64,000 nt of DNA, from assembly GCA_903879985.1 (NCBI GenBank), contig CAIRNR010000007.1:69382-133381 (forward strand). Reading direction: 5' to 3'. Below the pieces are notes generated by a model. The model had not been told where the DNA came from and did not search any database. It saw only the letters and a list, made by a program, of their open reading frames with translations. The DNA comes from an uncultured candidate division WWE3 bacterium. GTDB lineage: Bacteria > Patescibacteriota > WWE3 > UBA101185 > UBA10185. Position numbers and translations under genes: made by a program. Shown piece after piece: positions 30,940 through 41,202 of this stretch; within the stretch, counting starts at the first letter, position 1; each line of letters opens with the position of its first letter.

Positions 30940-30952
30940 ACTATGTTGGAAC
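30940..30952 (+). repeat. 13-bp direct repeat ACTATGTTGGAAC, copy 1
   Basis: An identical copy lies at 31586-31598; the two copies flank ORF 30987..31487. Confidence 0.7.
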
Positions 30953-30986
30953 GTTTTAGTGAGATCAAACTGTCTAATAATGTAAG

Positions 30987-31487
30987 CTACTTTAAATTCT
31001 GGGTTGCGTGACGGTTCCTGAGTATTTCTCTAGTACGAGCAATTCTTTGTTCAAATTGGGAAACAAGTCTTAACAATCTTTCGTATTTCTCGGGCTGAGA
31101 TTTAAAAAATACCTTTTCGAAATTGTGCGTTGCTATGTCTCGTTGAGCAGGAGTAAGTCTACCCCAACTACCAACAATTACATCTTCCAATTTATAGTTA
31201 CCTCCAAAACCTGCTGTTCTTATGAAAGTTGCTAATATAGAACCTCTCGTTCCCTCCTCAGCAATCCGCACAACGTTATTAAGACCGCTAAAATACGGGC
31301 CCATTTTTATAGGATCCTCATCACTTGGAAACCTAGTAAAATCCTTATCGATAAATTCTTTTGCTAACCACAATAAAACTAAAGGCTCTTCATGGTCCTG
31401 AAAACCTAGGGCATTCACAAGGGTTTGACTATCGTTGTTTCTATTTTCGTTATTATAGAAATTAGCTATTTTTTCGTGTCTATCCAT
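30987..31487 (-). CDS. Hypothetical protein
   Basis: 166-aa ORF with a TACAAT-N6-ATG start context. Confidence 0.7.
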   Translation of the reverse strand: MDRHEKIANFYNNENRNNDSQTLVNALGFQDHEEPLVLLWLAKEFIDKDFTRFPSDEDPIKMGPYFSGLNNVVRIAEEGTRGSILATFIRTAGFGGNYKLEDVIVGSWGRLTPAQRDIATHNFEKVFFKSQPEKYERLLRLVSQFEQRIARTREILRNRHATQNLK

Positions 31488-31585
31488 AGGATTATTGTAC
31501 TATATATTATCGCTAGTTGTATATTTAAGTGCTATCTTAATGGATAAATTCAGTATAAATTTTGTAGATTGATGGGCCATTTGGG

Positions 31586-31598
31586 ACTATGTTGGAAC
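31586..31598 (+). repeat. 13-bp direct repeat ACTATGTTGGAAC, copy 2
   Basis: Identical to 30940-30952. Confidence 0.7.
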
Positions 31599-31609
31599 TT
31601 TTGTATCTT

Positions 31610-32275
31610 CTATTTCTTCGTATGCATCTGATCAATCACCGTAGGTAAAGTTGAAAGCATGGCGAGTCTTGAATGCCGTTCAGTTTCTGAAACCTTGTTA
31701 TGTGGATCAAATATCTCTGGAAACACTGTTATATCAATTCCATTAACCAGTCTTTCCTTTTCCGAAAATGATAAACCGTATTTTTCAACAAGATGTTCTA
31801 CACAAAGGTGAGTTATTTCGTGTACTGGTGTTGCTGCAGGGTTGGATCGTTCAAACTCTCCTTGTCGTGTTGTTCGCATAATAACTTCTCGGATACTGGT
31901 GTCATAACTACCCCCAGTTCCATATCTCGTTAATACTATTCTGTAGCTATCTTCCAATTCAAAACCCCATGCTTGTTGAAATTGCCTTAATGTTTCTATT
32001 GAACCAAGAATTTTGGGTAGTGTAGCCTGTACTCTTTCTAAACCTACTAAATAAAATGTCGGGTCATATTCTTCTCGAGTTAATTTTTCGGCATCTTGTA
32101 GATTGGATTTGTGTTTAACATCTAAACCTTTTGGCATTACAACGTTTTGTGTTTCATTAGTGATTGTTTCAAATGAGACAATGTTATGCCTAACTCTTCT
32201 TATTTCGTCATCTATTGTTGCCGGTTCAACTATTATTTCTGGTTTAGCTGTTTCATCTGAAATTGGTTTTTCCAT
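31610..32275 (-). CDS. Hypothetical protein with zincin-like HExxH motif
   Basis: Start reassigned to MEKPIS (TATACT-N6-ATG). Motifs GTGGSY and VHEITH..KERLVN. Confidence 0.65.
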   Translation of the reverse strand: MEKPISDETAKPEIIVEPATIDDEIRRVRHNIVSFETITNETQNVVMPKGLDVKHKSNLQDAEKLTREEYDPTFYLVGLERVQATLPKILGSIETLRQFQQAWGFELEDSYRIVLTRYGTGGSYDTSIREVIMRTTRQGEFERSNPAATPVHEITHLCVEHLVEKYGLSFSEKERLVNGIDITVFPEIFDPHNKVSETERHSRLAMLSTLPTVIDQMHTKK

Positions 32276-32385
32276 GAGTAAAGTATAGATTAAACGTACA
32301 TTAAGTACGATACAGAGTTTAGGTTTTTTGTGTAGGAAAACTTCACGAACAAAGTGAGTGCGTTTTCTGAACAAAAAACCGTAAC

Positions 32386-32460
32386 TGGTGGGCCCGCATG
32401 GATTTGAACCATGGACCTCTCGAATGTGAATCGAGCGCTCTACCACTGAGCTACAAGCCC
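32386..32460 (-). tRNA. tRNA-Val(CAC)
   Basis: Minus strand: GGGCTTG..CTCGA-TTCACAT-TCGAG..CATGG-TTCAAAT-CCATG-CGGGCCC-ACCA. Confidence 0.95.
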
Positions 32461-32572
32461 TCACCAAAGTAAAACATGCTGATATGTCGCTTTCGAATGC
32501 AACTATGTCGCTGAAGCGACGTATCATCAACGCCACTGCTAAGCAGCAGCTTATGCTGATATAATAATACGA

Positions 32573-33091
32573 ATGATCAAAATCACAAAGAAACTCATCA
32601 ACGACGGTTTTCTCAACTTTTTTGAAGCAGTTTTCATTAGTACTGTAGTGTTTTTTATCGTTTACGTATTCATTGGTCAAATAATGGTTATCACCGGCGA
32701 TTCGATGTATCCAACGTATATAAATGGTGAAAAATTAATAGTCGAAAAATTGTCAGTTAAATACAAACCACTCTCGCGAGACGAAATCGTTATATTTAAC
32801 CACCCACTCGAAAAAATTGTCGTAATTAAACGGGTTATTGGCCTGCCTGGAGAAAAAGTCATGATCTCAGACAATAAAGTTTATATAAACGGTCAACCTT
32901 TAGAAGAACCATATTTACAGCCAAATACTCAAACACAGTCTGGGCAAAACCTTAAAGATGGCGTTGAATATGAGATTCCTGCAGATTCTTATGTTGTTTT
33001 AGGGGATAACCGTAAAGATAGCTTGGATTCACGCCAATGGGGATTTTTACCAAAACAATATATAGTCGGAAGAATATTCGTTAAGTTTTAA
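32573..33091 (+). CDS. lepB: Signal peptidase I
   Basis: Motifs GDSMYPT, IKRVIGLPGE and GDNRKDSLDSR. Confidence 0.95.
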   Translation: MIKITKKLINDGFLNFFEAVFISTVVFFIVYVFIGQIMVITGDSMYPTYINGEKLIVEKLSVKYKPLSRDEIVIFNHPLEKIVVIKRVIGLPGEKVMISDNKVYINGQPLEEPYLQPNTQTQSGQNLKDGVEYEIPADSYVVLGDNRKDSLDSRQWGFLPKQYIVGRIFVKF

Positions 33092-33116
33092 AAGGGAAAA
33101 ATCGTAACTAATTTTA

Positions 33117-33377
33117 TTATTCTAAAGGTAAGACGTTTATCTTTTTCTTATCTTTTGTTAACCATGCAAAGCTAACTGTTCCCATTATTTTTGACCAAAG
33201 AGTGAAATCTTTGCCCATTCTTACATTTTCACCGGCAACAAAAATTCTGCCGCGTTGTCTAACAATTATTTGACCAGGTTTAATAAAAGAACCACCGAAT
33301 ACTTTAACGCCCATTCTTTTGCCGGGTACATTTCCGCCCTGTCTAGCTTTGGAACCGCCTGCTTTTTTATGTGCCAT
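33117..33377 (-). CDS. rpmA: 50S ribosomal protein L27
   Basis: [22 protein letters not shown]. Confidence 0.97.
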   Translation of the reverse strand: MAHKKAGGSKARQGGNVPGKRMGVKVFGGSFIKPGQIIVRQRGRIFVAGENVRMGKDFTLWSKIMGTVSFAWLTKDKKKINVLPLE

Positions 33378-33405
33378 ATAATTGCTTTAAGTAAGACCTA
33401 AGTCG

Positions 33406-33870
33406 TTACTTTTTTGCCTCCGCTTTTTTAGTGGTTTTAGCTTTTGCTTTTGCTGGAGCTTTTTTTGCCACTTCTCTAGGTTTAGAAATTTTTACTGCTT
33501 TTACTGGTGCTTCTTTTGTTTCTGCAACTTCAGTTTTTGTTTCAGATTTTGTTTTTGTAGTTTTAGCATCACCAATAACAATTTCTTCGATTTTAACAAC
33601 ACTTAAAGGTTGTCTGTGTCCGCCAAATTTGTGATATCGGGATTTAGCTTTAAAACGGTTAACTCTTACCTTGTCGCCTCTTTTTTCTTCAATTACAGAA
33701 GCTTTTACAACAACATTTTCTAAAATAGGGGTACCAACCGATACTTTTCCTTCATCTGAGAAGAATAAGACATCGATTTTTAAAGGTTCGGTTTGAGTTT
33801 CGAGCTCAATAACGTCGCCTTCTTGAATCGTAAACTGTTTTGTACCTAACTTTATTATTGCGTATTTCAT
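33406..33870 (-). CDS. rplU: 50S ribosomal protein L21 with K/A/T-rich C-terminal extension
   Basis: MKYAIIKLGTKQF..GHRQP; adjacent to rpmA. Confidence 0.95.
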   Translation of the reverse strand: MKYAIIKLGTKQFTIQEGDVIELETQTEPLKIDVLFFSDEGKVSVGTPILENVVVKASVIEEKRGDKVRVNRFKAKSRYHKFGGHRQPLSVVKIEEIVIGDAKTTKTKSETKTEVAETKEAPVKAVKISKPREVAKKAPAKAKAKTTKKAEAKK

Positions 33871-33957
33871 AGCAGAACATTGGAATATTACACTATATTC
33901 AGACTTAGGGCAAGCATTTACATGACTTTTTGGGCATTACCCCGCGCTTGTTCAAAC

Positions 33958-35319
33958 CTATAAGGTTGTACTGGTTCCGGCCACTATCAACAAGTCGTAA
34001 GCAGCGGTTGCAGGCAAATTGTCACCCATGGTTACACTAGGGAATATTGCCTTTGTATCGGCCTTAATAAGGTCGTTGAATGCGACTTTATCGGTTTTGA
34101 AGCGCATAACCGTTGCCGTTGTATTTGTATCAGCCGTATCAACAGAAACTACGGTATAACCTGCAGTTTCCAATTTAGCCTTAATTTTAGCGGCTAAACC
34201 AGTAACTCCCGCGCCGTTTTCAATTCTAACTTTAAGGTCTTTTTTAGCCAAAGCAGAGGTATCTGGTGTTGGAGCTACAGATGGCGTGGCCTGTGGCGCA
34301 GCTGTAGTATCGCTTAAGACAGAACTATCGGTTGTGTTTTGAGCTACATTAGAAGCTGGAACATTATTTGGATTTCGAGATTTAAGCAAGGTGACACCAC
34401 CTATTAATAGACCAAGAACCAAAACGGCTGTAATAACACTACCTGCATAAACTAAACTGCTGGATTTTCTTTCAATCACTGGAACCGGTAACATGTTCAA
34501 TAAGTTTATTTGTGAAGCTAAAACTGATGGATTTGTATCGGCCATGTAGTTTGTAATAACGTTAGTCTCAAATCCGGCTACTTCGCTATCAGAAATAGGA
34601 ACATTCATTTTTACAACTTCATAGTTACTTAGGTGGAATGCATCGTAGTTTAGAGTGTAAACTTTTTTAATTGGCGCAGATTTTTTGTAAAAAGCCAAAT
34701 CATTTATAAACCCGTCAATTTCTGCTGAAGTCTTTTCTTGCGCATAAACACCGCTAAAGAAAATTCCATTTAACTCAGACAAGGCTATAACCTGAACACC
34801 ATCGACTTTGCTTACAAATATAGAGGGCTCGTTAATGTTTGCATATTTCGGCAAAAGTAAAACCCAAGGAACAACACTTCGCAAAGTAATACCGAGGTTA
34901 TTTGACAACTCTAAGTAAGATTCCAAAATATCTTTTCTCACACCAATAAACTGGAATAGAAATGGAGCTATTTTTTGATAAGAAAAATATAGATCTTCAA
35001 GCTTAACATCATCCAATTTACTTTTTATTTCCGTAAGTATTTGATCCTGAACCAAACCGTCACGTTTGTTTATGGTGATAAAACGTAAAACAATATCTTG
35101 AGGTTCCGCAACAATATTTAATGAAAGTTTACCTTTAGGAAGATTTGTAAGCTGCTTGATTTGTTCTTCAACTATAGCTGTAAGCGTAGAAATATCTTTT
35201 ATGCAAGAACCGTCAACTGTTGTGGATGTAATTTCACTGGATGTTTTTTTAACGTTATTATTTTCTACTGTATGAATTTTTAGAATATTTTTATTTAGGG
35301 AAAGATATAAATCTAGCAT
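33958..35319 (-). CDS. PilM-like N-terminal / TM / LytR C-terminal domain protein
   Basis: INLL motif before the TM helix; C-terminal VRIENGAGVTGLAAK..LETAGY..DLLIVAG (LytR_C). Confidence 0.7.
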   Translation of the reverse strand: MLDLYLSLNKNILKIHTVENNNVKKTSSEITSTTVDGSCIKDISTLTAIVEEQIKQLTNLPKGKLSLNIVAEPQDIVLRFITINKRDGLVQDQILTEIKSKLDDVKLEDLYFSYQKIAPFLFQFIGVRKDILESYLELSNNLGITLRSVVPWVLLLPKYANINEPSIFVSKVDGVQVIALSELNGIFFSGVYAQEKTSAEIDGFINDLAFYKKSAPIKKVYTLNYDAFHLSNYEVVKMNVPISDSEVAGFETNVITNYMADTNPSVLASQINLLNMLPVPVIERKSSSLVYAGSVITAVLVLGLLIGGVTLLKSRNPNNVPASNVAQNTTDSSVLSDTTAAPQATPSVAPTPDTSALAKKDLKVRIENGAGVTGLAAKIKAKLETAGYTVVSVDTADTNTTATVMRFKTDKVAFNDLIKADTKAIFPSVTMGDNLPATAAYDLLIVAGTSTTL

Positions 35320-35365
35320 GTTTTTATATTACCAAATTTTTCTGAGATACGCGATGCAAATGTTG

Positions 35366-37393
35366 TTAATATCCGTAATCCCACTGGATATCGAAGTGGT
35401 TTATTCCGGTTACTGTTGTAGGCAGTAATGTGTTTAATGATGTTAAGTATATAGGATTGTATTTTACTGTTACTGCTGGATAAAGATCGTTGTCTTCGCC
35501 GAGGTCACGCCTAAATATTATGCCTTCGGCTGTAGCACCGGTAGCATCTGAAATTAGAGGCCCTTCAACCATTATTGGATTATCGGTCGGCGTATGTGTA
35601 TTGAATACTATTTTACCTTTAGCAAGCATGCCTAACATTATTTGTGGTGTGCCTGTTAGCGAATAAGAAGCTTCAGGTATTCCAACTGTATAGGCTATAG
35701 CAATATCGCTGTTTGTGATTAGTAATATTCTGTTTGTTCCTAAAGTTGTAATTGAGTTTTTAATATTTATTGTGGCAGTAGCAGCCGCATCCACATATAA
35801 GATGGCAACGCCGGTTCCAGATACAGAATAAGTAATAGGATTTACAGTAAGAGTGTTAAAAGTTGCTGCGGTCATTTTATAAATGTTTCCTGCGGTAAGA
35901 TTTAAACTGGTTGCTGTCTGTGCTGTAGTTGGAGCTGTATAGGCTAGTTTATCAATAGAAGACTGTTGATTTGTTAATAGTTTTGCATAACCATCTGTTG
36001 TTGTAGATGACGAAACATCCGTAGTTGAAATACCACCGGTACTAAATACATAACCATTGTCCGCAAAACCATTTGTAAGATTAATTAGGTTTCCGTTAAA
36101 ACTACCATTTACGGCATGTCCCGAACAAGCTGCAACTGTGCCAACTCCCTGACCATAAATATCACCATCAAGCGCAGTGAACCAAGAATTAACTTTATTG
36201 CGTTCTATTGCAACAGCTACATCTATAGTAGTCGCAGCGGATGGTGTAACGGTTACATTTGAACAGCCACCTGAAGCACCAACAGGGCAGCTCATATAAA
36301 AAGTACTACAAGTAGTTGAGTAAAACACACATATTTTTAATGTTTTTTGAGAAACAAGTATAGAATTATTGGTTATTAAAGTAGTCCCCGTGGACGACGT
36401 AGTACCTGAACCAAGCAACGGTGGATTAGTAGCAATTGAACCATCATACACAGTAACATTTGCACCACTAATTTTTGTTGATCCGGTATTACAAGTAGTA
36501 TCAGTTTGATATTTTTGCCAAACGGTCACACGCAAATCGTAGGTAGGTAAAATAATAGTGGATTTTGCAGGACAAAAGCTTGTTAAACCCGTATTATCTG
36601 TCACGATACCGCCAACTTCATATGTTGCGGCAACATTTGGAGCTGTCCAAGGAATGGTGTTACCGGATTTTGTTCCAAAGACACCTCCCGAAGGACTATT
36701 AGACCACTGATAGCTTGTTACAGTTCCATCTTGATCTGTTGCATTTGCCGTGTAAGTACCTGTCTTTCCTGCTACCAGGCTATCAGGTCCACTGACAGAT
36801 GAACAAACCGGTGGATATGTAACCGGAGTCGAAGGAGATGTACCATCTCCTGTGGGCGGTGGAGGTGAGGAGCAAGAGGAACAACTTCCGTTACAGGTCT
36901 GTGTCGAATAATATGCCCCACATGCACTATAACCACATCCTGTAGGAGTATAAGAATAGTTATAACCACAATCATAAGAAGTTTGGTAAGACCCGCAAGC
37001 ATAATTACCACACGTATAACAAGAAGTTGATGAACCACAATCATAACTCCAACAATAACTTCCATAGCAACCATGACAAACTCTGGTATATGTATAACAA
37101 CATTGCGTGGGACAATATACTGTATGGGTGGTATAACACGTTCTAGCAACGTGAATTGTTTGCGTAGGACAAGTCGTCGGATGCCAAATCCATTCCCGGC
37201 AACTTCCTTGGTTCGCACACGCATAAGATGGACAACCTCCGCCAGTGCAACACATATTTCCACCATTACAAGAGTAAGAACCACTTCCACATGAACATGC
37301 GAAAGTCACCTTTTGAAGTAATATAAAAGACAACATAAACAGTGGTATGAAAACTAAAAGACTACGTAAAAGTTTTTGAAAAATATTTTTCAT
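35366..37393 (-). CDS. Secreted Cys-rich surface protein with PKD/Ig-like domain
   Basis: Signal peptide, a dense Cys/Tyr/Gly/Ser N-terminal region, and PKD-like ATDQDGTVTSYQWS. Confidence 0.75.
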   Translation of the reverse strand: MKNIFQKLLRSLLVFIPLFMLSFILLQKVTFACSCGSGSYSCNGGNMCCTGGGCPSYACANQGSCREWIWHPTTCPTQTIHVARTCYTTHTVYCPTQCCYTYTRVCHGCYGSYCWSYDCGSSTSCYTCGNYACGSYQTSYDCGYNYSYTPTGCGYSACGAYYSTQTCNGSCSSCSSPPPPTGDGTSPSTPVTYPPVCSSVSGPDSLVAGKTGTYTANATDQDGTVTSYQWSNSPSGGVFGTKSGNTIPWTAPNVAATYEVGGIVTDNTGLTSFCPAKSTIILPTYDLRVTVWQKYQTDTTCNTGSTKISGANVTVYDGSIATNPPLLGSGTTSSTGTTLITNNSILVSQKTLKICVFYSTTCSTFYMSCPVGASGGCSNVTVTPSAATTIDVAVAIERNKVNSWFTALDGDIYGQGVGTVAACSGHAVNGSFNGNLINLTNGFADNGYVFSTGGISTTDVSSSTTTDGYAKLLTNQQSSIDKLAYTAPTTAQTATSLNLTAGNIYKMTAATFNTLTVNPITYSVSGTGVAILYVDAAATATINIKNSITTLGTNRILLITNSDIAIAYTVGIPEASYSLTGTPQIMLGMLAKGKIVFNTHTPTDNPIMVEGPLISDATGATAEGIIFRRDLGEDNDLYPAVTVKYNPIYLTSLNTLLPTTVTGINHFDIQWDYGY

Positions 37394-38181
37394 TGAGATT
37401 CCTCGGGCAAAGGTGTTGTATCAATAATAATGCAGGCATCTCCAATAGCATTACATTCACTATCTTTGCAATAAGTAAAGATATTGTATCCTTTGGGTTT
37501 CACCGTATCCCAAAAATTTACACCTGCCTTTATAACATCCAAGTTTGTCGCCAACAAAATAGTATTGGTTTCATCACAATAAACACTAGAGGTGTGTTCA
37601 TATTTTGACGAAAAATCTTGAGCAGAAGGTGTTTGAATGTACAAATTTACCTTTTTGTCCACCGGGTTAGTATTTACAATATAGCCATAGATATAGTCCT
37701 TAGAATATGACCAACTAAAAGTATTCCAATTTGGAAATGTTTCATTTCTAAACCTTAAAAAGTTCTTTAATACTTGCTTCGTAATTTCTGGGGTGCTCGT
37801 ATCCGTATACATCGCCACTAATGAATCGTAATAAGCATCATCCTGCTTAACTATATCTATAGGAGCAGCTGTGGGCACTGGAATTTGATCACTACCTGAT
37901 TGTGCAACATTTTGCGTAGCATCTTGATTGTTGCTAGGTGTATCAGCATTACTACCAGTTGGTGTAATAGGGGTAGCTTTTTTTGGCGGAAAAAATATTT
38001 CTATATTACTACGTACATCTTTAGGAAGAATGCCATAAACAAAATAACCGATGTCTTTATAGGTCGCGGGACGAGCATCAACCGAAAATGAAAGCTTAGG
38101 TATAACGAAAGTAACAATTGCTAAAAGTACAACTACTACGACCATTACTATTGTGGTTTTACGACTTTTTGGGAGATGCAT
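37390..38181 (-). CDS. Membrane-anchored hypothetical protein
   Basis: N-terminal TM helix; ATGA overlap with the downstream Cys-rich gene. Confidence 0.7.
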   Translation of the reverse strand: MHLPKSRKTTIVMVVVVVLLAIVTFVIPKLSFSVDARPATYKDIGYFVYGILPKDVRSNIEIFFPPKKATPITPTGSNADTPSNNQDATQNVAQSGSDQIPVPTAAPIDIVKQDDAYYDSLVAMYTDTSTPEITKQVLKNFLRFRNETFPNWNTFSWSYSKDYIYGYIVNTNPVDKKVNLYIQTPSAQDFSSKYEHTSSVYCDETNTILLATNLDVIKAGVNFWDTVKPKGYNIFTYCKDSECNAIGDACIIIDTTPLPEESQ

Positions 38182-38232
38182 TGAATTAATTATTACACAA
38201 TCACTATGTTTTGCAAAAGGATCAGTGCTAAA

Positions 38233-41106
38233 CTAAATTTTTTCTACCAAATAATCAGCGCCCGAAGCAAACTCACGCGCATAAACTTTTTTCTTCAAAT
38301 CTTCACCGAACTTTGCCAACACAGCATCGGTATCAACAGACGCAGCATAAGTTACCTTAATTTCATCCTGAACCGACAACCCAGCTTCTTTTCGTAAATC
38401 TTGGATTTTACGAACAAACTCCCGTGCCATTCCCTCAAGTTTTAGTTCTTCCGATACTTCTGTGTTTAATGCAAGTTTTATTTCACGGAACTCTTGGGTT
38501 TCCCACGCGTCACCTGTACTTATTTCACCAACAAACTCAACGCTCTTAATGTTTAATTCATCCTTTAGAATTTCAACAAGCTCATCGGTAAGTTTTTCGG
38601 TACCACTTATTTGCATTACAGATAAAGGCTGTCTAACAGAAATTCCTTTGTTTGTTCTTATAGCCAAACCAAACGAAGCTATTTCGCGAACCAAGTTCAT
38701 TTGAATTACTAAATCTTTAGAATTCTCCACAATCTTGTGATCAAAAATTGGGTAATCGGTTAAATGAACTGACATTGGTGCTTTAGGATCAACACTTACA
38801 ATAAGCTCTTGATAAATCTTTTCAGAAATAAAAGGTAACGCCGGTGCAACTGCTTTGGATAACGTTGTTAAAACAAAATATAAAGTTGATAAAGCCTCAT
38901 TGTCACCGCCTGAAATTCGATCGCGAGAACGGCGCACATACCAACGGCTTAAGTCGTCAACAAATGCATCTATAGGGCGCACAGCGTCAGGAACAACATA
39001 TTTTTCAATGTTAGCTACAAATGTTTCAACAACTTCATTTAGGCGAGCAATAATCCATTTGTCCAAAATATTTTCGGACACAACAGCCTTATCAGGAGTC
39101 CATTTATTTGACTGTGCGTACGTTAAAAAGTATTTGACCGAATTCCACAAAGGATTTAGAACATTTCTAAGTTTTGTTTTAAGTTCTGCTTCATCAAAGT
39201 TGGCATTTTCTCCAACCATTAGCGGTGATCCCATAAGGTATAAGCGCAACGCATCTCCGCCGTAACTTTCGAGTATTTGCTTTGGATCAGTGTAATTGCC
39301 ATAAGTTTTACTCATCTTACGACCGTCAGATCCGGCTAAAACGCCAGTGGTAATAACATTTTTAAAGGAATTAGTTCCAAACAATGCTGTTGATAAAACA
39401 TGCATAACGTGGAACCAAGCTCGTACTTGTGCAATATATTCAACAATGTAATCACCGGGATAATTTTGCTCGAACTTTTGTTGGTTTTCAAAAGGATAAT
39501 GAAACTGCGCAAACGACATTGAACCTGCGTCCATCCACGAATCCAAAACTTCTGGTCTGCGTTTGTAAGTTTTTCCGTCTTTGTTTATAAAAATTTGGTC
39601 AATATAAGGTCTATGTAAATCAACAACTTTTTGGCCTGATAATTCTTCAAGTTCTTTTATTGACGAAATAACTATGCGGTCTCCATCTGGAGCTTCCCAA
39701 ACAGGCATGGGTGTTGCCCAAAATCTGTTTCTGGAAATACACCAATCTGGGGCTTGCTCAACGTTTTGTTTAAATCTTCCAGTTTTTAAGTGTGAAGGAA
39801 CCCAATTTATATTCTCGTTGTTCTTAAGCATTTCATCTTTTAGCGCTGATACCTTTATAAACCAAGAGTTTTGAGCTTTTTGAATTAGTAATGTGTTGCA
39901 ACGATCATGGTATGGGAAACGGTGAATTATCTTCTCGTTTTTAAACATTACTCCGCGTTCAATAAGTTCTGCGATTATTAATGGATTAGCTTTTGAATAA
40001 TATGCGCCAGCATATGGATTTTCAGTTTGATTACCGGCAATAAATTTACCCTCATCATCAATTGTTTGCATCATGGTCAAACCATAGTGTCTACCCATTT
40101 CCGAGTCTACTTCACCAAAGCCCGGTGCCGAATGAACAATTCCGGTACCGTCTTCCATGTTAACCATACCTTCGAATTCGTAAACTTTAAATTCTTCTGG
40201 CTTAGAAGCGTAGTAATCGTAAGGAGCTGTATAAGATAATCCAAGTAATTCCGAACCTTTTATTGTTTTAACTACTTCATTGGCTACATCCGCAAATACA
40301 GCAGTTAGTCTTTTTTCTGCAACAATATATTTTTTACCAGCGCTACTCACAACAACATAATCTTCTTTTGGATCTACAACTAAAGCTCGGTTTGATGGAA
40401 GCGTCCAAGGAGTTGTCGTCCAAGCTAAAATATTTATTCCCTTAAATTCACCTTCGGTTGTTATTGGAAATTTGACTGTTACTGCTGGATCTTCAACATC
40501 TTTGTACGAATTATCCATACCAACTTCAAAGTTTGAAACAGGAGTTCCGCAAGTTGTACAAAATAATGATGTTCTTAGTCCTTCGTAAATTAAGCCTTTG
40601 TCGTAAAGCTGTTTAAAAGCCCACATAACACTTTCCATATATGTTTGGTCAATTGTTTTGTAAGCGTGTTTAAAATCTACCCAGCGCCCGATTTTGTTTA
40701 CATACCATTCCCATTCAGCCGAGATTTGAGTTGTATATTCGTAACAAGCTTGCGTAAACTTTTCGAGTCCAAACTTTTCGATATCGCGTCTGTTTGGAAT
40801 ATCGTATTTCTTCTGAACCTTGTTTTCTACGGTTAAACCATGAGCATCCCATCCCCAAACTCGCTCAACTCGTTTACCTTTCATGGTCCAATAACGTGGA
40901 ATTATATCTTTTGCGATCGAGCCTAAAAGGTGGCCATAGTGAGGTAAACCCGAGATAAATGGAGGACCATCGTAAAAAACGTATGAATTTTCGACTGGAT
41001 TTTTTTCTACTGATTTCTCGAATATCTTGTTTTCGAGCCAAAAGGATAACACTTCGTCTTCGAGGTGAGGTACCGTTTTATTTTCTGGAATCCTAAAGTC
41101 TGACAT
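38233..41106 (-). CDS. ileS: Isoleucine--tRNA ligase (IleRS2 type)
   Basis: Motifs YDGPPF..LPHYGH, GWDAHGL, WTTTPWTLP, DWCISRNRFW and KMSKT. Start reassigned to MSDFRIP. Confidence 0.95.
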   Translation of the reverse strand: MSDFRIPENKTVPHLEDEVLSFWLENKIFEKSVEKNPVENSYVFYDGPPFISGLPHYGHLLGSIAKDIIPRYWTMKGKRVERVWGWDAHGLTVENKVQKKYDIPNRRDIEKFGLEKFTQACYEYTTQISAEWEWYVNKIGRWVDFKHAYKTIDQTYMESVMWAFKQLYDKGLIYEGLRTSLFCTTCGTPVSNFEVGMDNSYKDVEDPAVTVKFPITTEGEFKGINILAWTTTPWTLPSNRALVVDPKEDYVVVSSAGKKYIVAEKRLTAVFADVANEVVKTIKGSELLGLSYTAPYDYYASKPEEFKVYEFEGMVNMEDGTGIVHSAPGFGEVDSEMGRHYGLTMMQTIDDEGKFIAGNQTENPYAGAYYSKANPLIIAELIERGVMFKNEKIIHRFPYHDRCNTLLIQKAQNSWFIKVSALKDEMLKNNENINWVPSHLKTGRFKQNVEQAPDWCISRNRFWATPMPVWEAPDGDRIVISSIKELEELSGQKVVDLHRPYIDQIFINKDGKTYKRRPEVLDSWMDAGSMSFAQFHYPFENQQKFEQNYPGDYIVEYIAQVRAWFHVMHVLSTALFGTNSFKNVITTGVLAGSDGRKMSKTYGNYTDPKQILESYGGDALRLYLMGSPLMVGENANFDEAELKTKLRNVLNPLWNSVKYFLTYAQSNKWTPDKAVVSENILDKWIIARLNEVVETFVANIEKYVVPDAVRPIDAFVDDLSRWYVRRSRDRISGGDNEALSTLYFVLTTLSKAVAPALPFISEKIYQELIVSVDPKAPMSVHLTDYPIFDHKIVENSKDLVIQMNLVREIASFGLAIRTNKGISVRQPLSVMQISGTEKLTDELVEILKDELNIKSVEFVGEISTGDAWETQEFREIKLALNTEVSEELKLEGMAREFVRKIQDLRKEAGLSVQDEIKVTYAASVDTDAVLAKFGEDLKKKVYAREFASGADYLVEKI

Positions 41107-41150
41107 AGATTGAGGTGATTTTAGCAGATTAGACCCACAGTATAAAGGAG

Positions 41151-41198
41151 AAAAGAAGAGGGGCACATCGCTGGAAGAATTTACCACACGTGTGCCCC
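41151..41198 (-). terminator. Intrinsic terminator after the RNase P-like RNA
   Basis: GGGGCACAC...ATGTGCCCC followed by TCTTCTTTT on the minus strand. Confidence 0.7.
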
Positions 41199-41202
41199 AA
41201 TT

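Noticed and set aside
32276-32680. N-terminal extension of ORF 31610..32680
   Set aside because: It runs through tRNA-Val and antisense to lepB; the real start at 32275 has the TATACT-N6-ATG context.
36772-37290. 172-aa V/I/M/L-rich alternative-frame ORF
   Set aside because: It is a shadow of the TGT/TAT/GGT-rich Cys domain.
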